Assembly: GCA_013115145.1 (NCBI GenBank)
Contig: JAAPAO010000052.1
Location: 1-64,000 of the forward strand
Length of the DNA stretch: 64,000 nt
DNA from: Perkinsus chesapeaki ATCC PRA-425
Taxonomy: Eukaryota; Protista; Perkinsozoa
Direction: 5' to 3'
Part shown: one piece after another, positions 1 through 11,824 of the stretch
Numbering within the stretch: the stretch's first letter is position 1
How the letters are laid out: every line of letters begins with the position of its first letter
Made by a program: the position numbers and the translations under genes
Notes under the pieces: model-generated
Seen by the model: only the letters and a program-made list of their open reading frames with translations
Database searches by the model: none
What the model was told of the DNA's origin: nothing

Positions 1-1450
1 ATTAACAGCTTTAGCTCAGATTTTCCGGGATTGCTTGTAATATACTTCTTTGCTTGGGTTTGACCATCCACACGATGAATCTGACGCACGCTGGCCCCCC
101 TACTGCTTGTTGCAAGCTAGACTCCCTGCTTCATTCTATCGATGATATACATGAAATCTCTAATGTTTGGTTACTTGACCCAGTTAGTTCATCTTTCGGA
201 TTAGGGGAGAATGTCAGGTGGAAGACTCTGCTCCACAACCTACTGTCCCCAGGCTACCTAAATCAACCCCACATATCATACAGTCTAAACGTTTTGAGAG
301 GACTTGCTAGCTGAAAGAGTTTGGAGCTCTACGTAAAGGCTCGGTATTACCGCTTACTTCACAATGTGAAGTTCACACTAGTTACAGTTCCCCACGGGGG
401 AACGGTACATTCTTACAGTACGAGTGTGTGTACTGCCACATTACTTGCAGTTTAACTTGTCTGTGAAGCTAACGGAAGTAGCTGGTTATACTCACGGCTG
501 ATTACACATAAAAGGTTCGGCTTTTGTGCTACAACTCGGATGGAATCTACTGCTGCTTGAAATAACTTGTAAGGGTGAGAAATTCTCATTGAGAATACTC
601 GTGGGGGAGACGCAATGCTGGTGCTACGCGTGGAGCAGGGGAGCTCCACGGACAGCGCGTTCTCTCGTACAAGCCAGTATGTTTATCATGAACAGGGACT
701 AGGGTGGAACATTTGAAGACTTTTTTCAGGGCCCCACCGGCCGGAGGCCGGAGGGGAGCCCGAACAGTGTGAACAGCGTGAATCGGTGGGAACACTAATA
801 GTTGCCAACTAGCGACTCGAACGGTATGGTGGATCATCCACCATATCGTTCGAGACTCGAACGTCGAGTCATACACGGTGGATGGTTCTGTTTCCCCAAT
901 ATGGAGGTTTATCAATCGTAAAAAAACGTTATTGGCAATTACCTCGCTACGCAGACATACGCTTCTTTTAACAGCTTACTCGGAAAAGTGACCTAGTTCG
1001 TTCAACATTGCCGGAGTAGAATCATTTCGCAACGGGCTTTATTGGAGTCTGACACAGCTGATATCATTGAGACACTGGTTTTGTCGCAGAAAATTTCCCC
1101 TGTCGTGACCCATCAGCGGCTTTCCATGGGAAGGTTTCCAAGAGGCCGAAGGTATTCAGGTCATGGACGCCACTGGGCTGGTGAGAGACAGGAAGTTCGT
1201 TCCGAGCGATGATCTGTCTCACTGGGTATTACTCGATTATAGTCCCACCAACTCTGAACTCGGCCACATTCGATTACCAGTGGGTTCCGTAACGAGTTGA
1301 GGGTCCGTTCCGTATTCAATCCACAACGCGCGATACCGGTATGGTTCTCTTGCTTGCTCGAGATCACGTCTACCTCCAGACCACTGATAGAGTCACTATG
1401 CCAGAGTGTTGGTGTCATACCGATGAGCTTCTAGGCATTGTGGATATTCC
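1..1450 (-). mobile_element. Degenerate Ty3/gypsy-like pol (reverse transcriptase) relic
   Basis: Stop- and frameshift-riddled minus-strand translation keeps faint RT-like order: DLNTFGLLETFPW (cf. LN..t..d.yPlP), FTLFGLPSGLRP (cf. f.vMPFGL..aP), FMINILAC (cf. YxDDIL). No intact ORF. Confidence 0.35.
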
Positions 1451-1569
1451 GGCTCTCGATAACCTCGAAGATGTCCTAGGCTAGGACTCCTAGCCATCGA
1501 AGATGCAGATGCCCCTAGAGGCGATAGGTTGTTTGATCGCGATCGAGGAGACTTCCTGTTGCAGGAATC

Positions 1570-1865
1570 CTGCATGGAGGCTCTGATGTGGCGCTACGTC
1601 TGTACAAATCAGAGGACGGCGCTACTCGCGGAGTTGATCTCGCCGGCGCAGTAATCAGCGCCTCGCTGATACCGAGAACGTCTATCGCTGTGGTTCACGG
1701 CAATATCCCACACGAGTATTTCGGTTTCACTATGGTAGATATGGACCATAAGCAGGTACTGTATCCAGGGCAACCGTCATGGCTGTCTTTCTTGGTCAAG
1801 CTCTCTGTGAATGACTCTCGCTAGTTGGTCTTCCTAAGGCGTAATGGTGGGTCTGACCTGCAGTG
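1570..1865 (+). pseudogene. Fragment of a lineage-specific multigene family, copy A
   Basis: GGSDVALRL...IAVVHGNIPH...VDMDHKQVLYPGQPSWLSFLVKLSVNDSR* has an in-frame stop and aligns by eye with 2181-2660. Confidence 0.5.
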
Positions 1866-2069
1866 TGTCAGACCCACTAGCCTAGCGACACTAGTGGGAG
1901 CATCTTTCACCGATCCATTCAACTTCTCAAACCTTGCAAGCTGAAGGGACACTTCCATTTGGTGAGGCTGACTCCCGCAAGCGTGTGAATGTACTGGCTG
2001 CAGAGATTGCCCGTGAACAACCTACTTATTTCTACACGCATAGTCGCGATCAGTCACCGCACTTTAAAG

Positions 2070-2661
2070 CACAGCCCTCCTTCAATTGTATTGCACAACA
2101 TTTAATGTTGAACAATATTGTAAGACAAACGACAACGATGTCATCAATAAATGATGATCAATTAGAATTCCAGACGAACCGGAGGCTCTGATGTGGCATT
2201 ACGTCTTCACAATTCGGGGGATGACACTACTCGCGAAGTTCCGGAGCAGTACTCGGCGCCCCGCTGACACCGATTTCGTCTAATAGACGTCGTCTATCGC
2301 TGTGGTCCACGGCAGTATCCCGCACAACTATTATTTTGATGTCCAGGATGACCGATCGTGTAATGCGGTGTCCCAGTGGGGACAGTGCAGCTATTACAAA
2401 GCTCATTGATCTGTAGCGTAATTGTATTCGTCCCTACAGTTAGATTTATCCATTAATCTCCCTCTTGAGTTAACGAGATTTGCTACACCAACGGGCGACA
2501 ACATATTTCAGTTTCACTATGGTGGTCCACCATTGGTGGATATGGAACATAAGGAGGTACTGTATTCAGGTCAACCGTCATGGTTGTCTTCCTTGGTCAA
2601 GCTCTCTGTGAGTGACTCTCGGCAGTTGGCCTTCTTAGGGAGTGATGGTGGGTCAAATTGA
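2070..2661 (+). pseudogene. Fragment of the same family, copy B
   Basis: Shares ggaggctctgatgtggc...tctatcgctgtggt...caaccgtcatgg...ggtcaagctctctgtga with copy A. It has indels and stops, and a possible decayed F-box-like start (PPSIVLHNI*). Confidence 0.5.
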
Positions 2662-2899
2662 CCCGGTCAATGTATCATATATATAACGTGTTATTGCCAC
2701 TCAATTTCATGATAGACTATCACTGATGGTACTACACACGATCGCAGCACCACCTTCAGTTGCCCATCTGATGGGCCCATCATAATAACAGTATCTCGAG
2801 TATCAGTGATGATTAATAATTAATCTGATTAAACTGATCAATAATTTAATCAAATTACATCTCGGTCGAATTTGAGACCTGAAATGAACATGACTTTCA

Positions 2900-3668
2900 C
2901 ATGAACTTCAAAGTAAAAGTCTCAGTTGCTCTCAATGAATAAGGTGCAGTGCACCCGGTGCACCAATGAGCTCATCGGATGCAGATACTTCAATCCAGGT
3001 ATCCTTCGGTCAGGACTTGCGGAACTCCCATGAAGACAGTAACACTGTGATTCTGACGAGTCGAGCGCTCTGTGGCAAACCCTGAAACTACAGACACGGT
3101 CAGAGAGGCATGGTGACGACTCGTAGTAGGGGTCGTTACGACTCCTACTACGAGTACTTACTCCTACTTACGCACAACACGCCTTTTGTGAGCTGCAGAA
3201 AGCTTCGGCTTGGCCCCCCTTCTGTCCCGTGTATCTTTCGGGCCTTCTTTGATGATCTTACTTATCACACTTTGGCTGATTTGGAATGCGGCTGCCAAGT
3301 CTTTCTGGGTAAACTTCTTGCGCCCATCTGGGCGGGTCTTGGCGGACATGCGTTTGATCTTTTCGCGGTCCTCGGAGGAGACGTGAGTAGAGCGCCCCGT
3401 GGTGGAGAAACAATTGAGTAACTTGGAAATTTCGTTTCGTGATGCGTGTTTTTCAAAAGTATTCTATTTCAGTGAGGCAGTTCTGCGCGCGCTGATAATT
3501 TCGCGCGCCGGTATCTTTGCCCCGAGGCATGAAACGGTTGATCGATTCAGACGTGCCAACTCACTATGTGTTCTAGTACTATGATACAAAGTTTTAGACT
3601 CTTACGTTTATTAATCAACGAGAAATCGTAATAATACGGAATATTCTATTTCATTGGGGAGGGCTGTA
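2900..3668 (-). mobile_element. Truncated Tc1/mariner-type DNA transposon with intron-containing transposase N-terminus
   Basis: Paired-like HTH (KKFTQKDLAAAFQISQSVISKII...RGAKPKLSAAHKRRVVR). A GT-AG intron at 3171-3082 splices in frame (VVR|FATER). TA|CAGCCCTCCCCAATGAAATAGAATA at 3668 looks like a Tc1 TIR with TA target site. No DDE domain or clear second TIR. Confidence 0.7.
3119..3155. repeat. 18-bp-arm palindrome with 1-nt centre and one G-T pair
   Basis: actcgtagtaggggtcgt-t-acgactcctactacgagt, read directly from the sequence. Confidence 0.9.
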
Positions 3669-3688
3669 CTTACGACTCAGTCGTAAGT
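3668..3688. repeat. Perfect 10-bp-arm palindrome abutting the putative Tc1 TIR
   Basis: acttacgact-c-agtcgtaagt. Confidence 0.9.
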
Positions 3689-4149
3689 GCGAAAGCAACT
3701 TCATCCTCTCTCCGATCGCATTTACCTTTAGTTCCGAGTCGCAGGGTGAAGTACGTGTTCGGTACTGCGCGTGGAGCAGGATAGCTCTACAAGTGTGCTT
3801 GTATATGTAACGCCCGATATCACTCTTGCGTATCGGCTCCTTCTGAATTCCGATAATTCTTGTGTTCTAGTTGTGCGCGTGTTACTTCGAATTCCGAGTT
3901 TTGAGTTCAAACTTTGAACGCGAAGCATTCTGAAGAGCATAACGAGCCCTCTAGCTTGTATGGCCTCCAGACTAGAACAGAATAACTCAATACAATTGAA
4001 CTCATCATTAGGCCGTGGCTAACGCGAGTGATTCATCCTGTCTGCTCTGAGCAACCTGATGACAATGTAAACTACTTTATGTAATCGAATTCTCTTTAGT
4101 TGATTTCGTCTCACTTTGTTGGCTGCATAAACAGACTCCAATAGGGGCG

Positions 4150-5900
4150 GATCAGACACCTTGCCATCTTCTATATATCTGCAGTACCCTTATAATATGT
4201 GTATCAACGACACCGAGCTACTTCACGCAAGCTGCGACTATCTCATTCCTTGCCACTTCGTTATCCCACAGTAAGCCTATCGCCGTCTGAAGTTCCAGTA
4301 CTCCCCGTTGGATCATCCCTTGTTCGCAGAGAGCGCATCCATACAGCCAGTGGGCAGAACCTGCTATCGACGCAGTTAGTAAAATGCTCTGAGCATTGGG
4401 TACACGGTGAGTCACCGTGTGCCTAACCATCACCGCTAGCTTCGATCTCCAGAGCTCTCGAAGCTGCCGCTTCCGCTAGAGTTGGAATTTTGTTGGATAG
4501 CCAGGCAAATCCCAGTTCGGCCAGCAGTTTAACCTGAGGTGATGGAGCTTGCTACCATCAGTTTGATGGCATCAGAGGGTAACCACCCTACATTCACCGG
4601 TTCATTAATCATATACAGATCAAAACATCGACGGGGCTGTCTCAGACCTTCCTCGAAGGGCCCTCCACGGAGGAGAACCTAATGTAGTAGTAGAGATTGC
4701 ATGAACGAAAAAGATTGTGGTAACTTTACCAGAGACATCAAGCCCCAGCAATCAGCGTGCAACATGGGATGACTGCCGTCCAATTGGCCACTATCACTAG
4801 GGATTCTAGAAGTGTCAGCTAAAGACAATGCCATAGATATAGCCTTCTTCGCCTGAAACGGTGATATTCACTGGTGCAAATATCTTGCCTGAGTCAGCCT
4901 GACCTCCACCCATCTCTCTTGATGAACATAAGTAGTAGATATGTAAAGCCATGCCGTAGCTGTTGGCTGGGATGCCAAAACCTACACGAATTATCGAACG
5001 AAGCTCAGTAACTTCCATACATCCTTTTGACTAACCATCAGAAAGTCTCGAGCTTGGGACCATTTCTTCTTCGCTAGCAGCAATCTAGCGTATTGCAGTA
5101 TTGCCAATAGGCGAAGCTGTCTAGATTCTATCAGATGTGTCCCGTTACTAGGCGTCGAGGGTTATCTACCTGTGGTACTCTCCCTCTGCAAGCCAGGAGG
5201 GGTTGCCTTCAGTAATGCCTCACTGACTTTGCTGTCACCTGCCCCACTACGTGCTAAGCACTCGCCCAACAGGGCCCACGATGAGCAACCTGCAAATATA
5301 ATTGAGGCACCGGGAGAGTTCGTCCTTTTGTGGTGAACTGTTTACGATGAGGTTCCGTAGCAACTATTCGTTCAAGTACTTCAACAGCTCTATCCCACTG
5401 CCTATGCTGTGTAAGACTAACAGCTACCAAATGATGGAACTCACACCACTGCCTACAGATCTGGCTCAGAAATGATGTTGCCCCTGAGAGAACGAGAGTC
5501 CAGTGTCACAGAGCAACCGGGGATCAGCGGAGATCGAGATCAACGGATACATACCTATTTGCTTTCTGATGTCTCTCAATGCCAAGCCAATAAGATCAGC
5601 AAATTGATGAAAACTGTTGTCTACAACAAGCTCCTTGAGCAACGCTAGAGTAGTATGGTCAGACTGTGTCAAATGAAGCTTAGGTGTTGGGACTAAGCTA
5701 TCAATATAAGGGGGCTGCAGAGACTTCTGTGTTACTTGGTGGTAAAAGGTTCATGTATAGCCCAGCCCCAGGGCCACATGCATCTTCATTCCCACTAGTC
5801 CCGATTGATCTAGGGGAATCTTCAGAGAGTGCTTGACTATCATTTTTATTGTCTTCATCTTCATGATGGCCAGCGTCAGCACCATCGAATAGCCTGGATG
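4150..5900 (-). mobile_element. Decayed non-LTR/Penelope-like reverse transcriptase relic
   Basis: One frame with stops gives ASFDTV*PYYSSV (cf. SFDVxSLYTS) and then HWTLVLSGATSFLSQICRQWC (cf. LvL..nyF.f....YrQ..G). YxDD could not be recovered. Confidence 0.4.
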
Positions 5901-8436
5901 TAGCCGCCAGTGGTTATTGGAATAAGCAAGCTAACCTCAGTTTGTCAAATATTTGTTGTTCTGTTTTCATTCCCCGAAAGAATGACTTTTCTCGTGTGGA
6001 TAGCCCAATGTAGCGAGCACAGCCCTCCAGATCACCCTAGGAAGTGACTACTATGAGGAGTTGCATGGAGTTTACCTGCTTATGAAGGTTGATTCCTTTG
6101 ATGAGATTAACAAGCGAATCTGTCATGCCTTCAGCTTCCGTTAACTGAGAAATATATCTTCACCGTAATTTTCACGAGAGCAACCTTTTCAAGGGCTCCA
6201 CCAGCTTCGTTGTACCTATCTCTACTAACCAAGCTACAAGCTAGATAGCACATTGCCTGACAATGGGACTATGCCGATACGGCCGCAATGCGGCCGCCGC
6301 GTTGTCACCTCGCGGTTATAGCCGAGCATGGTGGCTTCCTTCAAGGCATGCTCTGCCATTCTGTTCTGACCTCCTAACCTCCTTAAGAATGCTGAGTATC
6401 TCATCCAAGCCATTTGCCTCATTCCTATTGATGCTTTATGGCCCTCGAGAGTGACTCGATTACCCGCTAGAGACTCTTTGTCTGAAGTGTAGGTAGAGTT
6501 GATGACGATTTGGCGCTTATACTCCCAGGCCGCTGCCTCGTAACTGAGAGGGTTGTCGCGGAAACGCGCCTGGGAGGTAAGCGTACTTGTGGCATATGAA
6601 TTCAGCTTCCCAGGCCAGTCTAATGGACGTGGTGAATGCATCTTCGGAATCGCTTAGAACGAGCGGAATCTGCATAAAGAAGCGAGATGTTATGATGATA
6701 CTATCTGCCAAATCGAACCATCAGACCATAGGCGAGATGGAGTTTGCCGTTGTAATTTACATCATCGGGTGTTCTAGGCGTCCTCAATAGTGCTGATAAG
6801 TGACTAGAGAGTATGGCAAAAGCTTCGCTCTTCAACTCCTCTAGATGTTCCTGAGGGGCTGTGGCCTTTGGAGTTCAGCAGCTGGCTCTCGTACGTCACT
6901 CATGTTGTGGTAAAACTGACTTCCTTTATCCACCATCTCGGATATAACTCTGCATAAAGGAAGAAGCTCCATAGCAGTTTCTATTTAGCATTTGGTACCT
7001 TATGATAGCTGGCCTTAGCATATTCGCTTTCATATCCATCAAGATGTCCTTTATATCCTCCCCTAAGACAGGTACGTTAGAAACTGTCAAGCCATATCCT
7101 CTAACCCCCTTGTTGAAGCACATCGACTATCTGCAACACCGCAACTCTGAAAGCCTCTACAGCATCTTCCTTTTCTCTCTGCACAGGGTGCTTTTTCACG
7201 ACCTGAACGTCGCGTCGTTCGGCCTCCTTGCCTATCTACACCAACTCACATTCTTCTCTACAGCCATTAGGGCAGGTGTGATCGATGGCTCAACAGTGAC
7301 AGCAAGTTTGATTAACCCGGAGCTTGGTCCCTCATCTGCGCTCTGCTCCGTTTTAAGTGGAAACCGAACCGACGCCTGAAAATGGCGTCGAAAGTCATGA
7401 CGACTCCAACGGGCGGACAGTGGAATGCCGAGGTCTGTTATGGCCTTGCTTGAGGAATTGCTTCGAGTCCAGAAGGACTGTCCGAGAGCACCTAGCGTTA
7501 ATGATAATCGGCGGAATCTTCGGCAACGCACTTTTCTATCATATCTTCGACGCGCTTTGCCATTTCCTCGACTTCTATGGCACCCTTATTCCCTGTATGA
7601 GGGAGATCCAAACAGATATGACTGTAACCTGTCTCAACAGTCACCTGCCATAGCCTTCACTTCTTCCTCAAAGTCATCAGTCATCATTAGCTTTAAGAAC
7701 ACTGGTATATAACCAGTGCTATCTATACTCATCAATAACCTCTTGCCTACGTGAGCAGTACTGTTTGATTGATGTTCAAAGAGCACTACGAAAGCTAGGG
7801 TCCTTAACAAGGTAAACTGTATTGTTTGGTTGCCAGATTATCTCGTGATACCTGCTGCTTGCATTGTGGCAGGTCACCGATGATAACAAGTTACGTCCGT
7901 GGAGCAGTCTCGGGGTTAGTATTATCGTTCTCTCTTTCTGGATTCTCCTCTTCATCATCACTAACAGTCTCCTCCTCTTCTTGGCTTTCAACAATTGTCC
8001 CATCAAACGATGTACCCAGTACTTCTACACTAAGCTTTATCTTTCCGCGTAAAGACTAAAGCGCACACTGCTCTGAAGGTGTTAAATCTAGGTCGGGCGT
8101 ACGATGAGCTCTTCGTCGGTCACTATAGCATTATTAAGTGTTATGGCAAGGCGGGTTTGCCCTTCCTTAAAAACAGGCACCACGGGCGTGCTTATATCTG
8201 AATTCAGTTTGTTGATACAACGGACAGTCTAGGAATCGCCACCTTCCATGGTAGATGGTTCAGTGAGAGCATTCTCATCGGGTATAATGTCCGCTGTCGT
8301 CATCCCAGCGCTTAAGCGGGTGATCAGCTGATGGAGGTGTAAATAACCACACAACAGAGGTAGAGCACAGAAAAGGAGTTTGAGCCATTTCTTGATATCT
8401 ATTTATCCGATGAATGATAGACAATAATAATAGTAA

Positions 8437-9504
8437 TTAATCCTTCTTATCGGCTTCACCACTGGCGCTGCCATGCTGGGCCTTAGATGGCTGCTGTCCG
8501 TCCTCATCAGAGTCATCAGCATCCTCTCCACTGGTCCCCATTGACTGGAACCATATAGCAGCGGATGAAGCGCTCTACAACAGGAATGCAGACTAGTCCC
8601 GAAGAATGTCGGTTTTACCTTAGCCGCAGAGCTCATCCAAGAGTATGCGCTTTCCTTAGCCTGGGCAATCGTCGGTGACCAATCCTCCTTCATCTCTGTT
8701 GCCTTGGCCTTTGCTGCATCTAGCATCCCACCTTACTAGGCCCGCATGCCACCCTAGGCTGCCTACCTGCCGCATGAGCTGCTTGTTGACCTAGCTCACT
8801 CTGTTGTAGGCTCTCCAAGTTCTGTGTTGCACCTGTAAGATCCTTCTATGATTCCCGTGTGATGGGTACATACTTGTTCGTAGATTATTATATGTATCCG
8901 ATTCCTGGACATGCTGGATATTCTCGGATCCAATCTCCTTGGCCTATCACAGGGATAATATAACCATTCCTGTACAGGAAAGCCCAACCTTATTAAAGGC
9001 AGAGTAGAAGAAATCACCAGCCTGCTGTAGACCGTTATTAATCTTATCCATTGGTATAGCCTCTGAGATATAACACCCTATCCTTTTCGGGATAGAGTTT
9101 AACCATCTACTGATACTACCTGCTAGCTGCGTGTAAAGGTCGGGGCCGTCGTCATCCTCATCAGCTTGGGAATCCACGTCGTTAGCAGTAGTGGTTTGCT
9201 GTTGTTGCTGTTGTGTGTTCCCCGAACCCTGCGCCCAAATCCCTCATGCCAGCCAACGGTTGAGTTATGTTATTCACCTGACTTTGGGTTGACGGCCTAT
9301 TGACCATATCAGCAAAGGTAGTGTCATCATCAAAGAAGCTATCTACTCCAGAATTCCCCGCTGCCGCGGTTGTTGCCGATGCAGCCTGCATCTCAGGACT
9401 GCGATAGAATGGTGTGCTGCTGAGGCTCGGATGAGGTATTACCTTTGTCCAGATTGGTGCTGCTGATTGGTGGGTTTAGCGATTGATTGTTGATTGATAC
9501 TCAT
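8437..9504 (-). CDS. Multi-exon hypothetical protein (Gln- and acidic-rich)
   Basis: Hand-spliced MSINQQ...SPEMQAAS...DEDDDGPDLY...AKESAYSWMSSAAK|SASSAAIW...DKKD* with GT-AG introns in compatible phase where checked. Confidence 0.6.
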
Positions 9505-9724
9505 ATGAAAAAGTCACTGCAGCGGTGGCCTTTAATAGACTTAACACTGCACATAGGTATTAGACCGTGAATTATTACTGGTCATGAAGAAGTGGCCGTG
9601 AGGGAGGAAGATAAACGTACGGCAAAATGGTAGAAGATTTTGACTAGTACATTCGGCACTAGGATAAAACATGTAGAAGGAAGTTCACTAGAGGAACAGA
9701 ACTGAGGTAGTAATAATGGTAAAG

Positions 9725-11382
9725 TCACTGCTGGCAAGTACTTCGATGGTGACTGAAGGGCTCTGGTCGTGGGCGATGGACCGCTCCAATAGAGTTGTGG
9801 AGATGTCGGCAACATGCCTCAGTGAAGGTAAGTGTTCGCCATAGTGCAGAGCTGTCTGATGCACCACTACAGCATCCAATAACAACACCTAATCCATTAT
9901 AACGGCATTAAGCACTGTTATGTACTTTACATGTAGTCGAGAGCTGCCAGACATGCCTTAGTCTTCGAGTAAGAGGGCTAAGATGATAAGGAACGTGCTT
10001 AACATCAGATCGCTGTAGAGCAGCTAGACATTGCTTCACAGCAAACATATCTATATTAACCGAATACCCTCATAGATGGTTACTACCAACATCACTACCT
10101 GCTAGTACAGTGGACTTTGGATGATCATCCGACAAGTCAGTAGTACCGGCTGTAGTTAGACATACGATGCTGAGGCAGCAACCAAATCATACAACAAGGA
10201 TACATAAGCCTACCAAAGCCGACTTAGCACCCTGCCTTCATCCTGAGTTAAATTGAACTCTATTAAGTGTTGATCAGAAAGTCTGAAAGTCTCTACTTCA
10301 TCGAAGTAGGGCACAGAAGCTTCCAGGGACGTCCATGGTGAAGACTACGATTAACAATGGTTACACCGAGCCCGATTGTTCATTCAATCCACCTCAGGTT
10401 GACGGCTACCATCACTTAGTGATGTGATGCGGTACTCGACATGCCGTCGATTGGTGCTTCTCGGAGATATAATCCCTGTAGCCCGATACCACTCCCTCGT
10501 CATGTTGGCAAGAATCTCACCTAGAGCCTGTCGACACCCAGTATGACCTTATGGCATCGCGCCAACGCCTACCGCATGCCTGCCATCCCCGTGTAGGATT
10601 ATACTGCCCGATTTACCGTTGATGAAGTCTATAGTGATACGGCGAACAGGGCTCTTAGGGCTGACGTAACTACCACTACACACTACCCTATATGTTAGCA
10701 CAGAGACATGCCCTACAGATCATCAATAGAAGCATGCCCATCCATTGTAATGCGACGACACCTTCCACCGGACAACAGGAACCTACCGACTATCTTACGT
10801 TTTGTTGTTGAGTGGAAGCCTAATGCAACAACCTAAACCAGGACAGCAGCCTGTAGGAAACGTGTCCCTTTATGAAGGCGACTGACGTTAGGTGAAGTGA
10901 TAAGAGATGTACAGTCGGTTAATGAGGAACTTTTGGTGCATAGCCAACCCTTAACAATCATTCGAGTTGAGGTGTTCTGAGCTCCTTTTAGAGCTGCATT
11001 GCGGTCAGGGAAGTACCTATTGCCATTCTACCCTACTACACGGCGGCCATTAGTGCTGCCCCACCTTATTAACCGTTCCCGACACGAGGGTACTGGATTT
11101 GTCAATGGTTGAGGTACATACAGACAGCATTCGACTGCCAGACGATGGATTAGCCAATGATAGAACTGAGGGATATAGGGATTATCAAACCCACTTCGAA
11201 TGAGATGTCATGTTTATTCGATATATGGCTGGAGTTATTACTGTCTCCTTGCTTCCAAATTCTTGACATGCTTGGGATAACCCCCGGCATGTAGATGATG
11301 CTAGAAGCACTCTAGACCTCCAATCAAGAAACACCAGAATTGAATATATAGGAATGTTATCTATCAGTGCTTTGGCAGACAT
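9725..11382 (-). CDS. F-box plus degenerate kinesin-motor-like protein
   Basis: N-terminal IDNIPIYSILVFLDWRSRVLLASSTCRGL is F-box-like. C-terminal exons splice in phase to DMFAVKQCLAALQRSDVKHVPYHLSPLTRRLRHVW...TCVVIGCCSGASDSSALWRTLTF (cf. kinesin SL.aL..cI.AL...HIPYRDSKLTRLL...TxMIACxSP...ETLSTLxFA). Confidence 0.7.
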
Positions 11383-11824
11383 AATAAGGAACAGAAACTA
11401 AATCGATCGAATGGGCGCACGAGACTTACATTATGCGCCGAATGGTCTGGGATTGAGGTGTCTCTTGATGTCCCGGGAACTTGACTTGGTTGGATTTGTG
11501 GTTTCTAGGGGTCTGCTGGACACTTTGTAGGGCAAGTAGGAAGTACTGTCCTGTGTCAGGAATAGTTGAACGCGGCTGTAGGGTCGGGGATGGTATCGGC
11601 GGTAGTGGATGCCGTAGAGTATCTTAACCGTTTCAACTAAGATACACTTCTGTAAAGGTACCATTTGATTGACTACGAGTAGAATGATACAGCCGACTTA
11701 AGACGGGATGGAAAGGTGGTGGTTTAGAGATGTTTTATGAGGATATGTTGTTGTAGTTTGTATAATTGTAGTGACCACCTCCGCCGTCGTCCCCTAGTCC
11801 CTCCTAAAGGCCACCGTCTACTAC

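Noticed and set aside
2072-2080. CAGCCCTCC as a candidate second Tc1 TIR
   Set aside because: Only 9 nt match, it is preceded by CA rather than TA, and it lies within a pseudogene fragment.
4760-4850. GYIYGI...PIG as a possible GIY-YIG endonuclease of the Penelope-like relic
   Set aside because: Wrong spacing, no Cys pair and several stops.
7560-7640. PHTGNKGAIEVEEMAK on the minus strand resembles the RNase H C-terminal motif
   Set aside because: The other RNase H motifs were not found and the order relative to the RT relic is atypical. Left unannotated.
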